Part shown: one piece after another, positions 28,101-35,955 of the stretch
Layout of the letters: each line of letters begins with the position of its first letter
How positions within the stretch are numbered: the first letter of the stretch is position 1
IMG/VR virus record: IMGVR_UViG_3300050016_000156
Location: 522 to 64,521 of that record
Strand: one strand, 5' to 3'
Source: a virus
Lineage: Duplodnaviria; Caudoviricetes
DNA: 64,000 nucleotides
Notes under the pieces: model-generated
What the model saw: the letters and a program-made list of their open reading frames with translations, nothing else
Told to the model about the DNA's origin: nothing
The model's database searches: none
Program-made: the position numbers and the translations under genes

Positions 28101-29949
28101 CAGGATGCGCGCCAATTTGTTTCAGCATAGGTTCGATGTCGGTGTCGGTCGCTAATTCCTTGTACGGGGCCGTCTTGATGTCCCGAGGATTGTCAGCGGT
28201 CTCCATCATCACATTGCCGTAGCCCAACCCCTTGGCGACTCCCTGTTTGAGAGCATCAATTTGCTCGGGGCTGATACCCTCACGAGGCACGGAAATATGC
28301 AATGTCGTTCCACCTTTATCGGTAGTGGGCCGAACACGAACGGCCTTCGAGTCGTTGATGAACGCCACACGGTTGTCGGGGGCTTCCCGAGTCGGGCCTT
28401 TCGAGCCCTGCGCCCAATCAATCGCCATATCGTGGTGGGTGCTGCCGAGCGGAATAAACTTCCCGTCAGGCGCAATGAAAGAAGGACCGTCCGCAATCTT
28501 CGTTGGGTCGGTATGAGTTCCAAACTTGTCCGCAATCTTCTGCAGGTCGGGATGATATGCGACAGCGGGTGCTGGGGGCTCAGGAGTCTTCCCTACAAAC
28601 TTCCCGCCTACGGATGCGAAGGCTTCTGGGTCCACATGACCGGGACCGGGAAGCACTGCAGAAATCGACCCCTCATCCTCGCCGATGTTTTTATAATATG
28701 CTCCGGCGGCTTCCGACTGTCCTTTTATTTTTGCACCGATGCGGTTTGCGCCTACATCCGTCAGAGGACGGGCAGGAGTATTTCGCATCGGACCTGTTAT
28801 CTTCACAGGCATGACGTTGGGTTTTGCGTCTGTTGCGACGGGAGTTTTGTCAGAATACACCGCCTTTCCGATAGTCGGATAGTGGTCTTCTTCGGGCACA
28901 TCAACATTATACCCCGTTACATTATTTCCTGTCGGGTCGAGTTTCGCCAAAGTTTTCTTGCCTGCTAAAAGGGTTTTTCCGTACTCCTGCGTACCATCCC
29001 ATGGTTGTCCATCCGCTCGAATTCCGATGCGCGCCTCAAGGGCTTGAGTTGCAGCCCTCTGCGTACCGACGTGGAGACCCTGCTCGCCGCCCCGCAAATC
29101 CCCGCTGGGTGTTCCATGATAGAGTTGTTGCGGAACAGACCCGACTTTCTTGCCGCCGAGTTTGGCGAACCCTGCTTCGAGACTGCCCTCGGGTGCTTTC
29201 GCTTCGAGTGCGGCCTTGCCTTCTTCCTTGGCGCTGGCAACGGCAGTCTGCGCCAAATCTTTCAAGTGTGTCCCAACTTTTGATGCGACTTCACCCGCAC
29301 CTTTGCCCGCATGCGTGGCCGCTTCAAGAGCCATGAATGAATCCACACCCATGTGCGTCAAGATGCGCTGAGTATCAGCAAAAGCATCCGCCCGTTGTTC
29401 GGGAGTCGTGGCAGCCTTACCTTTTTCAATAGACGCTTTCAATTCAGGGTACTGGTCGTAAACACCTTTGCCCATCTGCAGTGCAAACAGCCCCTCCGCC
29501 ACTTTCTGAATAAGAGCGGGAGTCTCACCGAGCCCGGCAGTCGCCGCAACCGTGCCGATGGTGCCGGGCGATGTCAGACCACCAGCAGATTCCAACGCCC
29601 CCGTCAGGACAGGAGCCTGTTTTTGCTCAGCGGGCGTCAGCGCCTCTTCAGGCGACAGAAATTGCTCACGCCCATACTTTGGATTTTCCACTGTCCGAGA
29701 TGAGTATCGGGGAATGCCTTCCGTGACAATCTTCTTAGCCTTCTGAACAACCGACGGTTCCGGGGCAGCCTCGATAGTTGGGCCGGACGGATTCAAATTA
29801 GTTTTGAGAAAAGGCGCACGGGTATCCTTAGCCGGATCGTACTCAGGATTCAGGTCTATTGGGATGGCCTGAGACGCAGTCGGGTCCGTGATCGGAATAG
29901 AATCCGGCACAGGCGTTGGGGTCGGCGTAACTGGGGTCTCGTTGGCCAC
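25177..29949 (-). CDS. 1590-aa multidomain (polyvalent) protein, probably virion-delivered
   Basis: LYHGT...GLHVGT (ART-like); HELGH...LMGGIAADE...GGD (M41-like zincin); GTWKD...LDVS...NQKAIY domain; WY...SP...KVRNFY...TMDTHA...LQSPTW (DUF7178-like). Confidence 0.75.
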   Translation of the reverse strand: MANETPVTPTPTPVPDSIPITDPTASQAIPIDLNPEYDPAKDTRAPFLKTNLNPSGPTIEAAPEPSVVQKAKKIVTEGIPRYSSRTVENPKYGREQFLSPEEALTPAEQKQAPVLTGALESAGGLTSPGTIGTVAATAGLGETPALIQKVAEGLFALQMGKGVYDQYPELKASIEKGKAATTPEQRADAFADTQRILTHMGVDSFMALEAATHAGKGAGEVASKVGTHLKDLAQTAVASAKEEGKAALEAKAPEGSLEAGFAKLGGKKVGSVPQQLYHGTPSGDLRGGEQGLHVGTQRAATQALEARIGIRADGQPWDGTQEYGKTLLAGKKTLAKLDPTGNNVTGYNVDVPEEDHYPTIGKAVYSDKTPVATDAKPNVMPVKITGPMRNTPARPLTDVGANRIGAKIKGQSEAAGAYYKNIGEDEGSISAVLPGPGHVDPEAFASVGGKFVGKTPEPPAPAVAYHPDLQKIADKFGTHTDPTKIADGPSFIAPDGKFIPLGSTHHDMAIDWAQGSKGPTREAPDNRVAFINDSKAVRVRPTTDKGGTTLHISVPREGISPEQIDALKQGVAKGLGYGNVMMETADNPRDIKTAPYKELATDTDIEPMLKQIGAHPDQQDLLSKELQSPLKEKYTVEITDADGTTHMEPIEAFSSKNAIAVAQKKFPGTRAYSWRIEKMGEREPSTEYSVPTGKLAKMPASAGRPEIHTIRHELGHAMVGQNEGLVTGGMLSSSHPDLGKDARAAVRWPGRENILFNPAGQVRPDKVAPIVKTLMGGIAADEVFNDLPRSANHNFFLGTGGDGSRAYQILQAAGVSHEDAMEYMHKAIDAGKEYLQHPAVSGIINENAGFREAGLSRQFHASPDRLTSMHQEAQRRIANATGQEQPDNRAVSGEGLTGREGNVARGEGGSAQATGTSPAEAKKGIVSKEKIKTPEDDQLSAHEEGGGSTFTPAGENLAGKDLYSVGAYPERTVQVDKLTPEVLAKFKADNADVLEKGDHAVGTWKDPDTGKAVLDVSKTYADRAEAVAAGKDANQKAIYHLGGEGEIQTGGTGEGPAPKLSAKEQKAADKATAAAAQQAAVFKPSTGGTPEAPAAGAAPAASKDIPTVSTRVPTKKVKGEVVEDHTQRDMTSDMDAAKAAPGYLQKMVNRTNTTPGFTPPEGDALAHANAYIRHAADNIKFVMSKMLPDAIKRDEKWYPVGAHERVQAVAAQHGFTPHQIAGVTAVESPMTDWDQNTSLAERTANIWKNQQATKFTPEMQDAADNITSLPANSSFKPLIKKVQGKTLAELPTTEQQAIWLRLYDEGHNPREYQTWNPDGTSNGLALNQDGSPRNVGWSFQSHIQKAIEILKDGSPENISKNLGYGHKVRNFYNNMLSPDDPRYLTMDTHAINVAQLRPMSGKIPAVRDNFGNIKNGEYGLKGTYALHDAAYRLAAKELDIPIPSRLQSPTWTKIRDVFTDDFKTPENQQAIDAIWKEHSDGKITADQARNRIWDYATEWNRENAAGTGAPADQGKLFAAGVSGEPASGTGRGTGVGTPREVPEEELGSTDFNFGANVKDVHAENTAKVAEMMKAKQEAMQKGLGKGLKKK

Positions 29950-29953
29950 GGGC

Positions 29954-30535
29954 TTAGCTTTCCGGGTTCAGGACATGGAGATTCGGGTCAAGCGCCCGAG
30001 CCTGCTCAATATTCTCGGCGGGGATGTCGTGAACGCCACCATCGGACGCTAAAATACGGTGATGCCCGTCAGGAATCGCTGGGAAATGGGGCTGGCCATC
30101 TGGGCGAGGCGCTAGGGGGGTAACAGGAGGCTTTTCGACCTTGGGTGCCTTCGTACCCTTCGATTCGGCGGATGCCCCGCTGGCGGGCGCTGCAGGCTCT
30201 TTTTCAGGGGTCGTGGCGGCAGTCGTGAACGCTTTCAGGAGATTTGGGGATGCTTCCGCAATTTGACGAATTTGGGGGTCCAAACTAGCGATTTTCGTCA
30301 CTGCGGCGGTTACTTTATCGGTTGGACTCGGAACGGGGAGGGAAGCTTGTTTTGCCTGCCAAAGTCGATGTTTCGTCTCATTTGGGATAGCGAGTGCAGA
30401 AAGGTGTTGGGCTAGTTCGTCTGCGTTTTTGGTCGCGAACGCATCCCAGAGGTCTGATCTTTGCTGGTCAGATAGACTCGGATCACCAGAGAGAATGGGA
30501 GCCGCATGATCTATAAAAGGACTATTCATATCCAT
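29954..30535 (-). CDS. Hypothetical protein, probable internal virion protein
   Basis: 193 aa; directly upstream of the giant gene. Confidence 0.6.
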   Translation of the reverse strand: MDMNSPFIDHAAPILSGDPSLSDQQRSDLWDAFATKNADELAQHLSALAIPNETKHRLWQAKQASLPVPSPTDKVTAAVTKIASLDPQIRQIAEASPNLLKAFTTAATTPEKEPAAPASGASAESKGTKAPKVEKPPVTPLAPRPDGQPHFPAIPDGHHRILASDGGVHDIPAENIEQARALDPNLHVLNPES

Positions 30536-30542
30536 GATATCC

Positions 30543-31139
30543 TCACGCCAAAACTTCTAAAAACGCCATCTTTTGATTGTACTCATGTAAGTCTCGCATT
30601 GCGGTTTTACCGCGCTTTTCAGCGCCTTGATCGGCCCAAGTCCCCCAGTCAACATTTCCAGGCTCATAGTCTCCTGTATCCAAGTGTCGGCTAAGAGAAT
30701 GTTTCGGCGAAGGGCGATCACCCATGTCGGCGAGGAAATTCTCAAATGTCAACCAACGCTCGCAAACACCTACATTGCGATACGCTCGCGCCCCATGAAA
30801 ATTTTTATTGGTGGCACGAGTCAACATATTGCTCCAAATACGATAGGTGCCTTGATGCAACTCCGACGCATGTCGGTCTTGTCCACCGTGTCGAAAATTT
30901 CGATTCTCTGCGCCGCGTTGATGTTGATTTCTTATCTGCGCGCGTTCGCTAGATTTTTCGCGGAGCAAACACCCGCACGATTGAGTGCGCCCATCCCGCA
31001 AGCTGCCGCTAGTTGTTTCGCATATCTGCCCGCAAGAACAGACACAGCGCCAGAAAGCACGCCGCTGAACTATTCCCATCAATTCCTGCACCAGTAAACG
31101 ACCGAATTGTTGACCAACCAAATCAATCACTTTGCCCAT
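30543..31139 (-). CDS. HNH-related homing endonuclease
   Basis: DLVGQQFGRL...WRCVCSCG...TQSCGC...W.NM..R...VCERWLTFENFLADMGDRP...YEPGN..W; TTGACA-18-TAGACT-6nt-ATG. Confidence 0.85.
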   Translation of the reverse strand: MGKVIDLVGQQFGRLLVQELMGIVQRRAFWRCVCSCGQICETTSGSLRDGRTQSCGCLLREKSSERAQIRNQHQRGAENRNFRHGGQDRHASELHQGTYRIWSNMLTRATNKNFHGARAYRNVGVCERWLTFENFLADMGDRPSPKHSLSRHLDTGDYEPGNVDWGTWADQGAEKRGKTAMRDLHEYNQKMAFLEVLA

Positions 31140-31183
31140 AGAGCCAGTCTATCACTTAACCTGAACCCTTGTCAAGCCCTAAT

Positions 31184-31801
31184 CTATGAAACCCCCTTAT
31201 CCGAGTCGGTTTGGCCGAGCAGTACCTGAAAGGATATCTCACCTTTCGGATTCATGTACGCGCCAATGATGCCCCCAGGCAAGCAAGCGTCTTTCACGTC
31301 ATGCAGTCCCATGACACATTTGATGACGGAGTTATGCAGGAAGATGGCAGTCGGAAGTTGTTCGTACGGTGTTGCGAGATACTGAAACACGACCTGGACG
31401 CGGTCGTTCAGTTGGTCATGGCTTTCGCCGCCAGGAATCACAAGGGAAGTGTCTTCGAGATACTTTTTGAATTCGGCAATCATCTCGGGCGTCTTCTCTT
31501 TTCCCGTAAAATCAGCAACCATCCACGGCCGCAAGTTCGGGTCGCAACCCATGAACGGGCACTGAACTGCGCCCGTATCCATCAGGTATTGTGCGGTATG
31601 GATTGTGCGCGGAACGTCTGAGGAAATTACGCGACCGATGCGCTCAAAAGATAGCCAGCGCGCCGCGGCTGCGGCCTGCTCACGCCCTTTTTCGGAAAGT
31701 TCCATTCCAGACCAGCCATCCCATACCGACATATCGGTAAGTTCACCGTGGCGGCACAAAAAGCCGATTAATTCAAGCGATGGGTCCATGTTAAAAAACA
31801 T
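31184..31801 (-). CDS. Histidine phosphatase (phosphoglycerate mutase family)
   Basis: LCRHGE...LSEKGREQA...SSDVPRTIHTA...PGGES...RV...FLH. Confidence 0.85.
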   Translation of the reverse strand: MFFNMDPSLELIGFLCRHGELTDMSVWDGWSGMELSEKGREQAAAAARWLSFERIGRVISSDVPRTIHTAQYLMDTGAVQCPFMGCDPNLRPWMVADFTGKEKTPEMIAEFKKYLEDTSLVIPGGESHDQLNDRVQVVFQYLATPYEQLPTAIFLHNSVIKCVMGLHDVKDACLPGGIIGAYMNPKGEISFQVLLGQTDSDKGVS

Positions 31802-31814
31802 TCTATCCTCAATC

Positions 31815-31888
31815 TGGAGCCCAATCGACGAATCGAACGCCAGTCTGCTGAGTACAGGTCAGCCGTCCTACCACTGAACGAATCGGGC
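31815..31888 (-). tRNA. tRNA-Thr(UGU), atypical C33/C38
   Basis: GCCCGAT/ATTGGGC acceptor, D-arm GTTC-AGTGGTA-GGAC, anticodon arm GCTGA-CCTGTAC-TCAGC, TTCGATT T-loop, 3' TCCA. Confidence 0.85.
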
Positions 31889-31978
31889 AATCTGTTTCCA
31901 TCCGCACTTGCAAACGAAACCAGTCTCACGTTTTTGCGAGTCTCGTTGAATCGTTTCTTTACAGCGATGGCACCGCAT
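31868..31978 (-). CDS. 36-aa zinc-ribbon peptide overlapping the tRNA-Thr 5' end
   Basis: MRCHRCKETIQRDSQKRETGFVCKCGWKQIARFVQW*; TTGACC-18-TATCAT-7nt-ATG. Confidence 0.45.
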   Translation of the reverse strand: MRCHRCKETIQRDSQKRETGFVCKCGWKQIARFVQW

Positions 31979-32026
31979 GGAGTCCATGATACCACCCAGA
32001 CCTGCTCGCGGTCAAGCACAATATTG

Positions 32027-32197
32027 GGGAATTATATAGATGACTCCCTTAGCGGCAAACGTGCTCCGCATAACGCTTTCGTCTCCACTTAGTAGGGCAC
32101 TTAGCACAGTGCCTCCTCTAACCGTTGTCGGGCTGAAACGAGCCGCCGCAGTACACACGGCGGTTATCTTTTCAAGGGAGTCATCTATATAATTCCC
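32027..32197. mobile_element. IS1595-type MITE, 171 bp
   Basis: Perfect 24-bp TIRs GGGAATTATATAGATGACTCCCTT; 8-bp TSD CAATATTG at 32019-32026 and 32198-32205; no transposase. Confidence 0.8.
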
Positions 32198-32203
32198 CAA
32201 TAT

Positions 32204-32270
32204 TGGAGCCGAGTGTTAGAGTTACGACCTCCGGCTTCATCCTTGCGCGCAAGGATTTATCCCACTCGGC
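32204..32270 (-). ncRNA. tRNA-like small RNA with 8-bp closing stem and 3' UCCA
   Basis: GCCGAGTG...ATCCTTG-CGCG-CAAGGAT...GGAG-GTCGTAA-CTCT..CACTCGGC-TCCA. Confidence 0.5.
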
Positions 32271-32324
32271 ACAAATCTGGGCCGCAAACTCCTGCCTTAA
32301 CGTGGCGGCCATACGTTTGCAAAA

Positions 32325-32401
32325 TGGTTGGCGGGGATGGACTCGAACCACCGACCTGACGGTTATCGACCGACTGCTCTAACCAACTGAGCTACCCGCC
32401 A
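32325..32401 (-). tRNA. tRNA-Ile(GAU), atypical U32/C33
   Basis: TGGCGGG/CCCGCCA acceptor, AGCTCAGTTGGTTAGAGC D-arm, GTCGG-TCGATAA-CCGTC, GGTTCGAGTCC, ACCA. Confidence 0.9.
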
Positions 32402-32409
32402 TCTGATAA

Positions 32410-32624
32410 TGGACTGCGCGACAGCCCAGGCTCGTGATTTCAGCAACCTTGTTCATGCCGCCGCGCGCCAGTCAGGTGTTTCCACGTTTTGCCGAGGGTA
32501 TCAATTTTGAGCAAACAACTCAGGCTCTTGATTCTCGGCAATCTTGATTACGAGACGGCGGCTGCGGTCATAGGCTTTCGCCAACCATTCCGCACTTCGA
32601 GGGGCTGAGTACCCACGCTCGTAA
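32410..32624 (-). ncRNA. Three tandem structured RNAs between tRNA-Ala and tRNA-Ile
   Basis: Closing stems TTACGAG/CTCGTAA (32548-32624, internal GGC-GAAA-GCC), TTGCCGAG/CTCGGCAA (32489-32541), GACTG-GCG/CGCAGTC-CA (32410-32473). Confidence 0.45.
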
Positions 32625-32627
32625 ATT

Positions 32628-32702
32628 TGGTGGACATGGAGGGATTTGAACCCCCGACTTCCTGCTTGCAAAGCAGGCACTCTCCCGCTGAGTTACACGC
32701 CC
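32628..32702 (-). tRNA. tRNA-Ala(UGC)
   Basis: GGGCGTG/CATGTCC with G3:U70; CCTGC-TTTGCAA-GCAGG; GGTTCAAATCC; ACCA. Confidence 0.93.
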
Positions 32703-32710
32703 GAAGTTGT

Positions 32711-32739
32711 ATTATACCACACGATCTGACGTGTGTCCG
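32711..32739 (-). promoter_or_regulatory. Promoter of the tRNA/ncRNA array
   Basis: CGGACA-17-TATAAT with extended -10 TG, 8 nt upstream of tRNA-Ala. Confidence 0.6.
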
Positions 32740-33432
32740 CTTTGCACTTCCGCCTGATACAAAAGCGCAGCCTGGGCTGTGTCGTTTGGGTCCGAGGGCG
32801 TTGTGGCGAATCGGCCAGCAACCGGATTTGACTGCTGGACAGATGCCAGCGGCCAGCCTGGCGTGATGAGCGCGGACCCGAGTGAAGCGGTTCCGCTTCC
32901 GATATTCGGTGTAATGAGAGCCATGGTGGTTCATCCTTAAAACTTACTTCGTCGGCGCTTGAAGGCCGAAGATCACATTCGCGCCTGTTGGCGAAGGAAC
33001 TCCCTGCGCCGTGACGATGGCAACAGGAGTAGCACTGATTGCGCTATTCGTAGTCGACTCCGTGCCGAATGTCGCCTGTTCCTGTGAAACGCCCTTGCCG
33101 AGCATTTCTGTGCCTTGCGCGTTGAATGGTGCGGGAGTCTGTTGCGCGCTGCCGCCCGTCGCACCGTTATATAGAAATCCTGACATGTTAATTCTCCTTT
33201 TTTTATTTCTAGCTCATTAAAACTGATTCGGTTGTCTCCACAAACCGAGAATTGGAATGCCGCCATTCCCGACCAGTGCCGCTTCGACCAGCACGCGAAT
33301 CGCGGCAGGCGTGGCGACAATGCCGTTCGGAGTTACGCTGAATCCTGTGACTGTATCCACGCCGACTCCAAGACCCTCTTGTCCCGGCCCGTTCGTGTTG
33401 GGAAATCCCGGCAATAAAAGTGACGCTGGCAT
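32712..33432 (-). CDS. Three small G/A/T/P-rich genes (32712-32924, 32944-33186, 33217-33432), probable minor virion proteins
   Basis: Each has an SD (AAGGA/AGGAG/AGGAGG); located downstream of capsid genes. Confidence 0.55.
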
Positions 33433-33448
33433 GTTGCCTCCTTGAAAT

Positions 33449-33482
33449 AAAAAAGCCTTGGACTATTTCTAGCCCAAGGCTT
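33449..33482 (-). terminator. Rho-independent terminator
   Basis: AAGCCTTGGGCTAGAAATAGTCCAAGGCTTTTTT. Confidence 0.75.
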
Positions 33483-33519
33483 CTGGTTGGGCTTGCGCCC
33501 GAAAATATTTCCCGAGCGA

Positions 33520-34128
33520 TTACACCGCGTTCAGTGAAAACTCATCGAGAGTGACGACGTTTCCTGTTTCCGCAACGCCCTGCGTGGCGGTCACGAAGAA
33601 GTTCAGGTCGGCTTCGCCGACGAGACCAGTAACCTGGGTGAGAGCCGCGAAGGGTGTGACGGTATTGAAAGTCTCCCCTTCAAAGTTGCCCGTCAGGTTG
33701 CCCTGCGCGTCCAGTTGGACATACGCGTCGAGGAAAAAGCTGCCGGATGTTCGGCCAGCAGCCAGAGTCCCAGTTGCCGACGTGGCGATCAGGTTCGACC
33801 CGGTGATGACCTGGGCCGAAGTATCGGCCGAAGGCACTGGAAGGAAAGAAGCAGGCACTTGGTACAGCTTGAGTATCAGCGTAGCGACGTTGGCGGACGT
33901 GGCTGTCAGCGTTCCTGCGGCGTGAATCCAGATGACTGCGCCAGTTCCCTGGTACAAGCCAGTGACGCCCGCGACGAGAGGAATGTACCCACCGCCCGTT
34001 AATGTCAAACCATTGTTATTCAACTGAAATACAGTCTCAGTCGTGGTGACGACGGTCCCGAGAATCGGGGCGATTGTCAATTGCTGAGTGCCAGCTACCT
34101 GGCGGCGAATCGTGGATGCGTTAGACAC
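33520..34128 (-). CDS. Probable capsid decoration / structural protein
   Basis: 202 aa, beta-rich, T/G/A-rich; follows the capsid gene and precedes a terminator. Confidence 0.55.
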   Translation of the reverse strand: MSNASTIRRQVAGTQQLTIAPILGTVVTTTETVFQLNNNGLTLTGGGYIPLVAGVTGLYQGTGAVIWIHAAGTLTATSANVATLILKLYQVPASFLPVPSADTSAQVITGSNLIATSATGTLAAGRTSGSFFLDAYVQLDAQGNLTGNFEGETFNTVTPFAALTQVTGLVGEADLNFFVTATQGVAETGNVVTLDEFSLNAV

Positions 34129-34721
34129 GGTAGTTCTCCCTTTTCAAACTTGTATTTCTTCACGTAAGAAATTGCTGCTTCCAAAATTTCTACGCTGTCG
34201 TGGGCACTGCCCAGAAGCGTGTTGCAGTTCGTGCAAAGAAGCCCACGTCTGCATTTGTCGCATGCCGCTCGTTCAGGACAGCAGTCGTGGTCATGATCTA
34301 TTGCTAGACGAAACCCGTTCTGTTGTGGTCTCCTGCAGATATCGCAAAGACCCTGTCGCTTCTCATTCTCGGCTTCGTACTGTTCTGCAGTCCATCCATA
34401 ATATGTGGGGTGGTATTTTCTTTTATACCCCTTCACGGTCTCTGGATTTTCCGCTCGCCAATCCCGCTGCGTTTCTAACTTACGCGCCTTGCGTTCTTCC
34501 TCGCTCTTTTTAGGAGCCAAGGATTGTTCAAGAGCCGCGCCAGTTAACTGCATTCGGCCTTCGGCGTACGCAAGTTTAAGTGATTCACTCTGCTTGCGTT
34601 TGGTCTCTTCGGACGGAACGTAGTTCTTTCGCCCGCGACCTTCAGCGTGTGCTTTTTTAAGAGCCTCGCTGACTTTCCGTCGAGTTTCCTCGGACGGAAC
34701 ATAACCTTTTGAGTTTCCCAT
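34095..34721 (-). CDS. NUMOD3 plus endonuclease VII homing endonuclease
   Basis: PSEETRRKVS repeats; CDIC...LAIDHDH...RGLLCTNCNTLLG; own promoter TTGACA-17-TAGTAT. Confidence 0.88.
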   Translation of the reverse strand: MGNSKGYVPSEETRRKVSEALKKAHAEGRGRKNYVPSEETKRKQSESLKLAYAEGRMQLTGAALEQSLAPKKSEEERKARKLETQRDWRAENPETVKGYKRKYHPTYYGWTAEQYEAENEKRQGLCDICRRPQQNGFRLAIDHDHDCCPERAACDKCRRGLLCTNCNTLLGSAHDSVEILEAAISYVKKYKFEKGELPCLTHPRFAAR

Positions 34722-34790
34722 GACCGCCTCCAAGGTGAATACTAACACCTCAGAAATCGGTTGTCAAGTGCTATTATTCAAATACTAGCA

Positions 34791-35786
34791 CTAGACGGCA
34801 CTCACCTCGCCTCTGATCCGTCTGAAACCTGGGGTGTTGTTGGTATTTGGGCGTGCCACGACCCCAAGGAACCAGTCGTAGCTCACGATTGCGCGTGTCT
34901 GTAACATCGGGTTGCTGAGGTCGATGTCGTTATCGCCGAAGGTCTTGACGTTAACCTTGAAGCTGGGGTTCCGAGGTGCGCGGACGCCCAACAGTTCAGA
35001 TGCCATCATCGCTTCGCGGCCAACGACGTACGTCGCATAGCCCGTCTTGCCGACCGAAGGATAGTTCGAGTAGGTCGGAGTCGTCTGGGTGCGGAGGATG
35101 CGAACGCCCGACCATTCAAGGACGGTGTATCCGCGAGTCATATCCGACTTCAGAACGGCTGCGCCAGCTTCGCTGCGCTTCAGCGTGTCGACGGCAGACC
35201 CTGCGCTGTTGTCCGACATGAAGTCGTACACAACGTACGGGTGCATTGCCGAGGTGTACATTCCGCCATCGCGGCCAGGAACTGCGTTGCCCATCAACTG
35301 GGATTCGCACTTCCGAATCGTGTTGGACAGCATGTACTCGTTGTCGAGCAGGTCGATGCGGGCCGAGGCCTGCGCCGTTGCGGCAGCTTCGAAGCCGTTA
35401 ATCGCAATCAGGTTGCTCGTGAGAGCGCCCCGATACGAGAGGTTGCGGCTGGCATCCAGAGTGATGTCGGCCAAGAACATCGCCTGCGCGACGTTTGAAA
35501 CGCCCAGCCAGTCGCCGTATTCATCAGCGAACGCTGCGCTGAACACTTGGTTCAACTGGAGCGACGGCCCAGGAACGCCTTCAGACAGGTCGTAGGTCGC
35601 GGCAGCGAACGGAGTTTGTCCATAGAACTGGATAGTTCGCCCTGAACGGCGGGGCAGAGGACGGAAGTCACACAGTTCCTCCAAAAAGGGCGTGTTGAAT
35701 TGCCACTCCATAATTGCCATTCGGTCGTAAGCGATTTGTGGGAAGCCCGCCAAAGTGGTGGACTGTACCCCGGGAGGGAGGATCAA
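34791..35786 (-). CDS. Major capsid protein (N4-gp56-like)
   Basis: LPRRSGRTIQF...LSEGVP...EYGDW...MHPYVVYD...WSGVRILRT...GREA...NPMLQ; TTG start with GGAG SD; position after scaffold. Confidence 0.85.
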   Translation of the reverse strand: MILPPGVQSTTLAGFPQIAYDRMAIMEWQFNTPFLEELCDFRPLPRRSGRTIQFYGQTPFAAATYDLSEGVPGPSLQLNQVFSAAFADEYGDWLGVSNVAQAMFLADITLDASRNLSYRGALTSNLIAINGFEAAATAQASARIDLLDNEYMLSNTIRKCESQLMGNAVPGRDGGMYTSAMHPYVVYDFMSDNSAGSAVDTLKRSEAGAAVLKSDMTRGYTVLEWSGVRILRTQTTPTYSNYPSVGKTGYATYVVGREAMMASELLGVRAPRNPSFKVNVKTFGDNDIDLSNPMLQTRAIVSYDWFLGVVARPNTNNTPGFRRIRGEVSAV

Positions 35787-35850
35787 AGTAGTTCTCCTTG
35801 TGAGTCGTGATCGACTCGAATCTGTCGATATCCCTTGCTCAAGGAGACTA

Positions 35851-35872
35851 TCTACTTATGGATTGATTAGTC
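35851..35872 (-). promoter_or_regulatory. 22-bp putative late promoter motif, copy 3 (GACTAATCAATCCATAAGTAGA)
   Basis: Upstream of the major capsid gene. Confidence 0.8.
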
Positions 35873-35955
35873 AAAAACCTAAAGGGAGGGGGGCTGAGTG
35901 GGGACGTGTGAGCGTCCCCGTGTCTCGCCTAAGCGGGTGTGGCCAACACTCGAAA

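Noticed and set aside
31815-31888. tRNA-Tyr(GUA) reading of loop CCTGTAC
   Set aside because: The 5-bp stem centres UGU; the short variable loop and C2:G71 fit Thr
32012-32200. 62-aa ORF from the track
   Set aside because: Spans the MITE TIRs; probably spurious
32278-32322. Pistol ribozyme (GCCACGUUAA similarity)
   Set aside because: Other conserved pistol elements and stems not found; kept only as a generic structured RNA
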